Positions 38,801 to 50,700 of a DNA stretch of 64,000 bases are shown here, piece by piece. The translations under genes were made by a program, and so were the position numbers. The DNA is taken from the NCBI GenBank assembly GCA_002269645.1, contig NIVC01002647.1, positions 62,001-126,000 on the forward strand, in the 5' to 3' direction. Numbering within the stretch: the stretch's first letter is position 1; every line of letters begins with the position of its first letter. A model generated the notes under the pieces. That model saw only the letters and a list, made by a program, of their open reading frames with translations. It made no database searches and was not told the origin of the DNA. This DNA comes from Macrostomum lignano. Its lineage: Eukaryota.

Positions 38801-40440
38801 CTGATGAGTCTGTGTGATGATTGCTGATGAGTCTGTGATGATTGCTTATGAGTCTCTGTGATGATTGCTGATGAGTCTGTGATAATTGCTGATGAGTCTG
38901 CGGAATCACTGTGGGATGATTGCTGATGAGTCTGTGATGATTGCTGATGAGTCTGTGATGATTGCTGATGAGTCTGTGATGATTGCTGATGAGTCTGTGT
39001 GATGATTGCCGATGATGAGTCTGTGATGATTGCTGATGAGTCTGTGATGATTGCTGATGAGTCTGTGTGATGATTGCTGATGAGTCTGTAATGATTGCTG
39101 ATGAGTCTGTGTGAAGATGACTGATGAGTCTGTGATGATTGCTGATGATGAGTCTGTGTGATGATTGCTGATGATGAGTCTGTGTGATTATTGCTGATGA
39201 GTCTGTGTGATGATTGCTGATGAGTCTGTGTGATGATTGCTGATGAGTCTGTGTGATGATTGCTGATGAGTCTGTGGAATCACTGTGGGATGATTGCTGA
39301 TGAGTCTGTGATGATTGCTGATGAGTCTGTGATGATTGCTGATGATGAGTCTGTGTGATGATTGCTGATGATGAGTCTGTGTGATTATTGCTGATGAGTC
39401 TGTGTGATGATTGCTGATGAGTCTGTGGAATCACTGTGGGATGATTGCTGATGAGTCTGTGATGGTTGCTGATGAGTCTGTGATGATTGCTGATGAGTCT
39501 GTGATGATTGCTGATGAGTCTGTGATGATTGCTGATGAGTCTGTGATGATTGCTGATGAGTCTGTGATGATTGCTGATGAGTCTGTGTGATGATTGCTGA
39601 TGAGTCTGTGATGATTGCTGATGAGTCTGTGTGATGATTGCTGATGAGTCTGTGATGATTGCTGATGATGAGTCTGTGTGATGATTGCTGATGATGAGTC
39701 TGTGTGATTATTGCTGATGAGTCTGTGTGATGATTGCTGATGAGTCTGTGTGATGATTGCTGATGAGTCTGTGTAATGATTGCTGATGAGTCTGTGTGAT
39801 GATTGCTGATGAGTCTGTGATGATTGCTGATGAGTCTGTGATGATTGCTGATGAGTCTGTGTGATGATTGCTGATGAGTCTGTGATGATTGCTGATGAGT
39901 CTGTGTGATGATTGCTGATGATGAGTCTGTGATGATTGCTGATGATGAGTCTGTGTGATGATTGCTGATGAGTCTGTGTGATGATTGCTGATGAGTCTGG
40001 GTGATGATTGCTGATGAGTCTGTGTAATGATTGCTGATGAGTCTGTGTAATGATTGCTGATGAGTCTGTGTGATGATTGCTGATGAGTCTGTGTAATGAT
40101 TGCTGATGAGTCTGTGTGATGATTGCTGATGAGTCTGCGTGATGATTGCTGATGAGTCTGTGATGATTGCTGATGAGTCTGTGATGATTGCTTATGAGTC
40201 TGTGGAATCACTGTGGGATGATTCCTGATGAGTCTGTGAGTCTGTGTGATGATTGCTGATGAGTCTGTGTAATGATTGCTGATGAGTCTGTGATGATTGC
40301 TGATGAGTCTGTGATGATTGCTGATGAGTCTGTGTGATGATTGCTGATGATGAGTCTGTGATGATTGCTGATGAGTCTGTCTGATGATTGCTGATGATGA
40401 GTCTGGCTGATGATTCCTGATGATGAGTATGTATGATGAT
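35888..40440. repeat. ~4.5-kb 20/22-bp satellite GCTGATGAGTCTGTG(TG)ATGATT
   Basis: Continuous array immediately upstream of the FIBP start codon. Confidence 0.97.
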
Positions 40441-40914
40441 TCCTAATATACTAGTACTATTGAAATAAAAGTACAAAGGCTGCCAAAGTACAATCCAAAA
40501 ACTGGTATGTACTTCCAAAAGCAACACACGGTAAACGCTTATTAAAGAAAAACAAAGAATATAAATTTTTACAAATTTGCGTGTAGTAATTAGTTGGAAA
40601 CTGTATGTTACAAATTGGAGAACTGGCTGAGAAAATATCTTACAACAGATGTCAATCGTAGAGATGCCAACAAAGCTTTATGGGCTGCAAATACAAGTAA
40701 GATCATTAACTAGCGCTGAAGCTCAATCAAGGTCATAGAATCATGCCAGACAATCACACTGTAACACACACATGTAAAATGAATTCACTGGGAACATACT
40801 ACTTACAATAGTGGAAAAGCGCGTTTTATACAAATTAATTTTTTGTTCCAAGCAGTACCACAGAAGGTAATGGAGTTGGAGAGCGATGCTTAATGGTAAA
40901 TGGTAATGGGGAAT

Positions 40915-41520
40915 TTGAAATAGAAATTGGGGAATCCCAAATTATAACTGGGAAATCTCAAATGGTAATAGGGAAATCCCAAATGACAATTAGGGAATCC
41001 CAAATCCAATGATAAATGGTGAAATGGTGAATGGTGAAATGGTAACAGTAGAATCCCAAATGGTAATAGTGAAATCCCAAATGGTAACAGTAGAATCCCA
41101 AATGGTAATACTGGAATCCCAAATGGTAATAGTGAAATCCCAAATGGTAATAGTGGAATCCCAAATGGTAATAGTGAGATCCCAAATGGTAATAGTGAGA
41201 TCCCAAATGGTAATACTGGAATCCCAAATGGTAATAGTGAAATCCCAAATGGTAATAGTGGAATCCCAAATGGTAACAGTAGAATCCCAAATGGTAATAG
41301 TGAAATCCCAAATGGTAACAGTAGAATCCCAAATGGTAATACTGGAATCCCAAATGGTAATAGTGAAATCCCAAATGGTAATAGTGGAATCCCAAATGGT
41401 AATAGTGGAATCCCAAATGGTAATAGTGAGATCCCAAATGGTAATAGGGGAATCCCAAATAGTAATAGGGGAATCCCAAATGATAACTGGGGAATCGAAA
41501 ACGGTAATTGGGGAATACTA
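40915..41520. repeat. 21-bp minisatellite GAATCCCAAATGGTAATAGTG
   Basis: Tandem copies downstream of the probable RNF145 poly(A) signal (AATAAA on - strand at 41546-41551). Confidence 0.94.
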
Positions 41521-41722
41521 AATGGTGAATGAGGAATTCTAAATTTTTATTGGGCATTGTCATTATTATTTAGATCAATTAACTAAATTTTATAACAGAA
41601 ACTGTCAGCTCTCAAACAATAAACTCTAAAAAGGTCAGCACCTATCAGGAATGGGAGCCGTATTTGTTCAGACTGTTTGAAAGTTACCTATTTGCCTAGA
41701 CGGGATCCCTATATGCAACCAG

Positions 41723-44700
41723 TCACTTGAGCTCCGCAGCCTCATCATCATCATCATCGTCTCGAAGAATTTCGCTCAGCTCCTCGGACGATTCAGACTT
41801 GGCCGCCTGAGCTGCGACCTCGTGGGTGTACAGCGGCCGGTACACGGCTAAGTCAACGCCATCGTCCTGGCGGTACACCTCGCTGTCCGTGCTGTTGCTC
41901 ACTTCAACGGCAGCTTCATCTTCAAAGTCCTCCAAGTCGACGCCGCTGGCGCTGCTGTTGCTTCGGCGAGGGCGATGCTGCTGCTGATGGAGAGTTGCTG
42001 CCTCAGACGATGGAGGCACCGGCTGCTGCTGCTGAGGCCGCTGCACGGTCGCCGCTGCGGCCTGGGTTGCCTCATCAGGGTCGAACTGGTCAGAGTTATT
42101 CTGCTGCTGGTCCTCGTTGGGTATACTGATGGCCTGCTGGCACATGGGGCAGGTTTCGCGCACGTGCAGCCACCTGAGCGAAGGTGGAGGTTGGGTGAGG
42201 AAGGCCAAGAGATGAAACATTATCCTCTCAATTTGAGGATCTTTGAATTTCTCATCCCGATTTGAAAATCTATAGAGTTTTTCATCCAAATTTGAGGATC
42301 TGTGTGTTTCTCATCCCAATTTGAGGATTTGTGTAGTTTCTCATCCCAATTTGAGGATCTGTGTGTTTCTCATCCCAATTTGAGGATCTGTGTGTTTCTC
42401 ATCCCAATTTGAGGATCTGTGTGTTTCTCATCCCAATTTGAGGATCTGTGTGTTTCTCATTCCGATTTGAGGATCTGTGTACTTTCTCATCCCAATTTGA
42501 GGATCTGTGTAGTTTCTCATCCCAATTTGCGGATTTGTGTAGTTTCTCATCCCAATTTGAGGATTTGTGTAGTTTCTCATCCCAATTTGAGGATATGTGA
42601 TTTTCTCATCCCAATTGAAGGATCTGTGATTTTCTCATCCCAATTTGAGGGTCTGTGTGTTTCTCATCCCAATTTGAGGATATGTGTGTTTTTCATCCAA
42701 ATTTGAGGATCTGTGTGTTTCTCATCCCAATTTGAGGATTTGTGTAGTTTCTCATCCCAATTTGAGGATCTGTGTGTTTCTCATCCCAATTTGAGGATCT
42801 GTGTGTTTCTCATCCCAATTTGAGGATCTGTGTGTTTCTCATCCCAATTTGAGGATCTGTGTGTTTCTCATTCCGATTTGAGGATCTGTGTACTTTCTCA
42901 TCCCAATTTGAGGATCTGTGTAGTTTCTCATCCCAATTTGAGGATTTGTGTAGTTTCTCATCCCAATTTGAGGATTTGTGTAGTTTCTCATCCCAATTTG
43001 AGGATATGTGATTTTCTCATCCCAATTGAAGGATCTGTGATTTTCTCATCCCAATTTGAGGGTCTGTGTGTTTCTCATCCCAATTTGAGGATCTGTGTGT
43101 TTCTCATCCCAATTTGAGGATCTGTGTGTTTCTCATCCCAATTTGAGGATCAGTGTGTTTCTCATCCCAATTTGAGAATCTGTGTAGTTTCTCATCCCAA
43201 TTTGAGAATCTGTATAGTTTCTCATCCCAATTTGAGGATTTGTGTAGTTTCTCATCCCAATTGGAGGATTTGTGTGTTTCTCATCTCAATTTGAGGATCT
43301 GTGTGTTTCTCATCCCAATTTGAGGATCTGTGTGTTTCTCATCCCAATTTGAGGATTTGTGTAGTTTCTCATCCCAATTTGAGGATATGTGAGATTCTCA
43401 TCCCAATTAAAGGATCTGTGATTTTCTCATCCCAATTTGAGGGTCTCTGTGTTTCTCATCCCAATTTGAGGATCTGTGTGTTTCTCATCCCAATTTGAGG
43501 ATCTGTGAATTTCTCATCCCGTTTTGAGGAGCATCTTGAACTTCTGAACCCCATTTGAGGATCTGTAAACTTCTGATCTCAATTTGAGGATCTGTAAACT
43601 TCTGATCCCAATTTGAGAATCTGTAAACTTCTGATCCCAATTTGGGGATCTATAAACTTCTGATCCCAATTTGAGAATCTGTAAACTTCTGATCCCAATT
43701 TGAGGATCCGTGAACTTCTGATCCCAATTTGAGGATCCGTAAACTTCTGATCTCAATTTGAGGATCCGTGAACTTCTGAACCCAATTGGAGGATCCGTAA
43801 ACTTCTGATCTCAATTTGAGGATCCGTGAACTTCTGATCTCAATTTGAGGATTCGTAAACTTCTGATCCCAATTTGAGGATCCGTAAACTTCTGATCTCA
43901 ATTTGAGGATCCGTGAACTTCTGAACCCAATTTGAGGATCCGTAAACTTCTGAACCCAATTGGAGGATCCGTAAACTTCTGATCTCAATTTGAGGATCCG
44001 TGAACTTCTGAACCCAATTGGAGGATCCGTAAACTTCTGATCTCAATTTGAGGATCCGTAAACTTCTGATCCCAATTTGAGGATCCGTGAACTTCTGAAC
44101 CCAATTGGAGGATCCGTAAACTTCTGATCCCAATTTGAGGATCCGTGAACTTCTGATCTCAATTTGAGGATCCGTAAACTTCTGATCTCAATTTGAGGAT
44201 CCGTAAACTTCTGATCTCAATTTGAGGATCCGTGAACTTCTGAACCCAATTGGAGGATCCGTAAACTTCTGATCCCAATTGGAGGATCCGTAAACTTCTG
44301 ATCTCAATTTGAGGATCCGTAAACTTCTGATCTCAATTTGAGGATCCGTGAACTTCTTAACCCAATTGGAGGATCCGTGAACTTCTGATCTCAATTTGAG
44401 GATCCGTAAACTTCTGATCCCAATTTGAGGATCCGTGAACTTCTGATCCCAATTGGAGGATCCGTGAACTTCTGATCTCAATTTGAGGATCCGTAAACTT
44501 CTGATCCCAATTTGAGGATCCGTAAACTTCTGAACCCAATTGGAGGATCCGTAAACTTCTGAACCCAATTGGAGGATCCGTGAACTTCTGATCTCAATTG
44601 GAGGATCCGTAAACTTCTGAACCCAATTGGAGGATCCGTGAACTTCTGATCCCAATTGGAGGATCCGTGAACTTCTGATCCCAATTGGAGGATCCGTGAA

Positions 44701-47700
44701 CTTCTGATCCCAATTGGAGGATCCGTAAACTTCTGAACCCAATTGGAGGATCCGTGAACTTCTGATCCCAATTGGAGGATCCGTAAACTTCTGAACCCAA
44801 TTGGAGGATCCGTGAACTTCTGATCCCAATTTGAGGATCCGTAAACTTCTGATCCCAATTTGAGGATCCGTAAACTTCTGATCTCAATTTGAGGATCCGT
44901 AAACTTCTGATCTCAATTTGAGGATCCGTAAACTTCTGAACCCAATTGGAGGATCCGTGAACTTCTGATCCCAATTGGAGGATCCGTAAACTTCTGAACC
45001 CAATTGGAGGATCCGTGAACTTCTGATCCCAATTTGAGGATCCGTAAACTTCTGATCCCAATTTGAGGATCCGTAAACTTCTGATCTCAATTTGAGGATC
45101 CGTAAACTTCTGATCTCAATTTGAGGATCCGTAAACTTCTGAACCCAATTGGAGGATCCGTAAACTTCTGAACCCAATTGGAGGATCCGTGAACTTCTGA
45201 ACCCAATTGGAGGATCCGTGAACTTCTGATCTCAATTTGAGGATCCGTAAACTTCTGAACCCAATTGGAGGATCCGTGAACTTCTGAACCCAATTGGAGG
45301 ATCCGTGAACTTCTGATCCCAATTGGAGGATCCGTAAACTTCTGAACCCAATTGGAGGATCCGTGAACTTCTGAACCCAATTGGAGGATCCGTGAACTTC
45401 TGATCCCAATTGGAGGATCCGTGAACTTCTGATCCCAATTGGAGGATCCGTGAACTTCTGATCCCAATTGGAGGATCCGTAAACTTCTGAACCCAATTGG
45501 AGGATCCGTGAACTTCTGATCCCAATTGGAGGATCCGTAAACTTCTGAACCCAATTGGAGGATCCGTGAACTTCTGATCCCAATTTGAGGATCCGTAAAC
45601 TTCTGATCCCAATTTGAGGATCCGTAAACTTCTGATCTCAATTTGAGGATCCGTAAACTTCTGATCTCAATTTGAGGATCCGTAAACTTCTGAACCCAAT
45701 TGGAGGATCCGTGAACTTCTGATCCCAATTGGAGGATCCGTGAACTTCTGAACCCAATTGGAGGATCCGTAAACTTCTGATCCCAATTTGAGGATCCGTG
45801 AACTTCTGATCTCAATTTGAGAATCCGTGAACTTCTGATCTCAATTTGAGGATCCGTGAACTTCTGATCTCAATTTGAGGATCCGTGAACTTCTGATCTC
45901 AATTTGAGGATCCGTGAACTTCTGAACCCAATTGGAGGATCCGTGAACTTCTGATCTCAATTTGAGGATCCGTAAACTTCTGAACCCAATTGGAGGATCC
46001 GTGAACTTCTGATCTCAATTTGAGGATCCGTGAACTTCTGATCTCAATTTGAGGATCCGTGAACTTCTGATCTCAATTTGAGGATCCGTGAACTTCTGAA
46101 CCCAATTTGAGGATCCGTGAACTTCTGAACCCAATTGGAGGATCCGTGAACTTCTGATCTCAATTTGAGGATCCGTAAACTTCTGATCTCAATTTGAGGA
46201 TCCGTAAACTTCTGATCTCAATTTGAGGATCCGTGAACTTCTGAACCCAATTGGAGGATCCGTGAACTTCTGATCTCAATTTGAGGATCCGTAAACTTCT
46301 GATCCCAATTTGAGGATCCGTGAACTTCTGATCTCAATTTGAGGATCCGTGAACTTCTGATCTCAATTTGAGGATCCGTGAACTTCTGATCTCAATTTGA
46401 GGATCCGTGAACTTCTGATCTCAATTTGAGGATCCGTGAACTTCTGAACCCAATTGGAGGATCCGTGAACTTCTGATCTCAATTTGAGGATCCGTAAACT
46501 TCTGATCTCAATTTGAGGATCCGTAAACTTCTGATCTCAATTTGAGGATCCGTGAACTTCTGATCTCAATTTGAGGATCCGTAAACTTCTGAACCCAATT
46601 TGAGGATCCGTGAACTTCTGATCTCAATTTGAGGATCCGTAAACTTCTGATCTCAATTTGAGGATCCGTGAACTTCTGATCTCAATTTGAGGATCCGTGA
46701 ACTTCTGATCCCAATTTGAGGATCATTGTTGTTCATGCAAACAAATTCCGCACACCTTCGCAAGCACAGCGGATGAAAATAATGCTGGCAGACAGTCCGC
46801 TTAGCCCCGCTGAGCATGTCGCCGAAGCAGATGGCGCAGACATCGTTATGTTGACGCAGCTCCTCAGGTGTAGCATTGGGCAGCGAGCTCAGCCGCTTGG
46901 CCGCCAGGCGTCTCAGCAGGAACTTCCGCCAGCCGCTCTGCACTCGCTGCACAACGTTGAACCAGAAGTGCACAAGCAGGATGGCCAGGCTCAGGAAGCT
47001 CCAGTCGCGAGTGAAGAATTCCCTGACACCGAAGCAGACAATGACCAGGGCCACTAGCAGCTCCACTAGGCGAACGCTCGACTTCACGTAGAACACCAAG
47101 TCTTCGAAGCTCTCCTCGGTGGGACCGGACCGGAAGTGGTCGTACAGGAAGAGGCAGTACAGCACCAGACTGCCTGCCGCCTGAGGAGGACGGGATTGCA
47201 ACTGTAGAATTGGGGATTTTCTGTTGGGAGTTGGGAGTTAAGCTTGACACTTTAGAGATTCTTGTCACGGTAACGTTTTCAACGGGGAATCGACAGAGTC
47301 CTATGCAGGTCAGCAAAAAGGAAGGAAGAGAATCATCTCTACATGAGGTGGGAGACGTGTTAATGAGGCAAAAGTAATTGAGCTTCACCTGCAGAGCGGT
47401 CAGCAGGCAGCTAAGCGCAATTATCAGCAGCCAGAAGTCCGGCCTGAACAGGCGCAGCAGCCAGACGGTGAGGTAGACAGGCGCGCACAGCAGCACTGCG
47501 ATGACAGCCAGGGCCCGTGCGTGGCCACCATACGGCGCCGACTGTACAGCGGCGCCGAGGTGCAGCAGCCTCGGGCCGGCGATCTCGTGCACCGAGTCCA
47601 GCAGCGAGGACACCAGAATGAAGGCTACAACGGTGACTAGGCTGGCCCATTGCGGAGTTCGCATTGTGTGCGGCAGGTTGGTTTGCACCGCCACCAACAG

Positions 47701-50700
47701 GAAGGTGAAGCCCTCCGCCCAGCCGCGCTGAAGGCCTCCGGCAGCGTCGCCAGCGGCAGCCGCTGCCGCTTGATTGGCGAAGCCTCCGCCGCCACCGCCG
47801 CCGCCGCCATTGAGGAAAAGTTTAGTGCATAAAAGTACAAACCATGAGGCGTGAGACACGGTCACGCACAGGCCGAGTATGCACAGCGGGCTGGAGCAGC
47901 TGTCGGACAGGGCGCCCAGCAGTACGATGTCCAAGCCTGTCGCGGACGAAGATGCCGCCATCCAGTGCTGAATGAGGCGAAGACTGAAGTTGGATAGCCA
48001 GAAGAGTAGCAGCTGTCGGGTCATGTTGTAGTCCTGGAGTGGCATAAGGCTGCGGTTCAATGCCTGCGATGGGGTCTGGGATTCTTCAGTGTTGGGATCT
48101 GGGATTCTTAGTGATGGGATCTGGGGATTCTTCAGTGTTGGGATCTGGGATTCTTAGTGATGGGATCTGGGGATTCTTCAGTGTTGGGATCTGGGATTCT
48201 TAGTGATGGGATCTGGGGATTCTTCAATGTTGGGATCTGGGATTCTTCAGTGTTGGGATCTGGGATTCTTAGTGATGGGATCTGCGGATTCTTCAGTGTT
48301 GGGATCTGCGGATTCTTCAGTGTTGGGATCTGGGATTCTTAGTGATGGGATCTGGGGATTCTTCAATGTTGGGATCTGGGATTCTTCAGTGTTGGGATCT
48401 GCGGATTCTTCAGTGTTGGGATTTGGGATTCTTAGTGATGGGATCTGGGGATTCTTCAATGTTGGGATCTGGGATTCTTCAGTGTTGGGATCTGGGATTC
48501 TTCAGTGTTGGGATCTGGGATTCTTCAGTGTTGGGATCTGGGATTCTTCAGTGTTGGGATCTGGGATTCTTCAGTGTTGGGATCTGGGGATTCTTAGTGA
48601 TGGGATCTGGGGATTCTTCAATGTTGGGATCTGGGATTCTTCAGTGTTGGGATCTGGGGATTCTTCAGTGTTGGGATCTGGGATTCTTAGTGATGGGATC
48701 TGGGGATTCTTCAGTGTTGGGATCTGGGATTCTTAGTGATGGGATCTGCGGATTCTTCAGTGTTGGGATCTGGGGATTCTTCAGTGTTGGGATCTGGGAT
48801 TCTTAGTGATGGGATCTGCGGATTCTTCAGTGTTGGGATCTGGGATTCTTAGTGATGGGATCTGCGGATTCTTCAGTGATGGGATCTGGGGATTCTTCAG
48901 TGTTGGGATCTGGGGATTCTTCAGTGTTGGGATCTGCGGATTCTTCAGTGTTGGGATCTGGGATTCTTCAGTGTTGGGATCTGGGATTCTTCAGTGTTGG
49001 GATCTGGAATTCTTAGTGATGGGATCTGGGGATTCTTCAGTGTTTGGATCTGGGGATTCTTCAGTGTTGGGATCTGGGGATTCTTCAGTGTTGGGATCTG
49101 GGATTCTTAGTGATGGGATCTGAGATTTTTAGTGTTGGGATTTGGGATTTTTAATGTTGGGATTTGGGATTTTCGTGTTGGGATCTGGTATTCTTTAGTG
49201 TTAATATCTGGGATTCTGAGTGTTGGGATCTGGGACTCTTATTGGTGGGATCTGGGATTTTTGATACTTAGTGTTGGGAGCTTTGGGAATGGGATTAAAT
49301 TGCACCTTATAATAAGTCTCTAAGAAGCCCTCACCTGCCACAAATGCAGCGGCACAGCCACCCAGCCGTCAGCCCAGATCATGCGGCCCAGTCTGTCAAA
49401 CAGAACGCGAAGATCGGCCACAGCGCCAGGCAGCAGGCGAAGGGCCAGCATGGCGGCCAGGGCTCGGGTCAGGGCGGCGGCGGCGTTGTGCCACTGCCAT
49501 GGCTCGCCGACAGCGGCGTCATCGGAGCCGAGCAGCCAGAGCTGGCCGAGTTGGCCGAGTGCCGGCAGGCAGAAGGCTGCCAAACCCAGGCGGCCGAGGC
49601 CGCTCAGGCCCAGCAGGCGGCCAGCCAGAGCCGCCAGGGACAGCTGGCAGGTCACGTGACCGGCTGCGCCAGTAACCACCTGATTTGCGAAGTGATGCGA
49701 TTATGAGAAATAGGATGAGAAAAGAGATGAAAACAGATGAGAGGGGTGAGAAGAGAGGGAGAGAAGATAAGAGAAAAGAGAAAAATCATTTTTAACTCAT
49801 TTGAAATTCATTTGAAATGAAGCACATTCGAAACTCATTTGAAACTCATTTGAAACTCTTTCGAAACTCATTTGAACTTCATTTGAAACTCGTTTGGAAC
49901 TCATTTGAAACTCATTTGAAACTAATTCGAAACTCATTTGAAACTCTTTTAAAACTCATTTGAAACCCATTTAAAACTCATTTGAAACTCATTTGAAACC
50001 CATTTAAAACTCATTTGAAACTCATTTGAAACTCATTTGAAACCCATTTAAAACTCAATTGAAACTCATTCGAAACTCATTTGAAACTCATTTAAAACCC
50101 ATTTGCAATGGTCAGGGCCATTGTACACCCTGTGTGAGCGAGTGTATGAGTGCATGCCTGTGTACAGCATGTACTCAGGAGTCAAAGGAATTGATTGACA
50201 TGATTGGTTACCCCTCCTCTACATCAGGCTGCTCACCTTTATTTCAGCCATTATTAATGAATTAAGTAGGGAGGAAAAGCATTGCTCACCTGCCAATAGT
50301 GATCTGGATCGGCGATGGCCAAACTGGGGCAGCAGTGAATGACATAAAGCTGCGACAGGCGAGCCTGGGCGCATACAATGGCAGCTGCGGCCATGCAATT
50401 GTAAATGGCCAGCAGCTTATCAAATGGCATAAAGGCAATGCCAAAGAACACAAAGAAGCCTGTAGTGTTGGAATAATAAATGAGTACTAATTAGTATTCA
50501 AGTATCAAGAAATTGCTTCAATTGGTTTTGAAAACATGTTTGGGTTAATCAATTAAAGCCTATTAGTTTTATACATAGGCTATATGCACTTATTTGTGTC
50601 ACTATGACTAATTAAACATTTTTAAACACATAAGCTGTCAAAACTATTGGCTTTAATATTTTGATTTAGATGATATCATATAACAAAATGCTAATTAATT

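Noticed and set aside
35888-40440. Hundreds of CTGATGA (hammerhead core or C-box motif)
   Set aside because: No matching GAAA core or stems and no C/D snoRNA architecture; it is simply part of the monomer.
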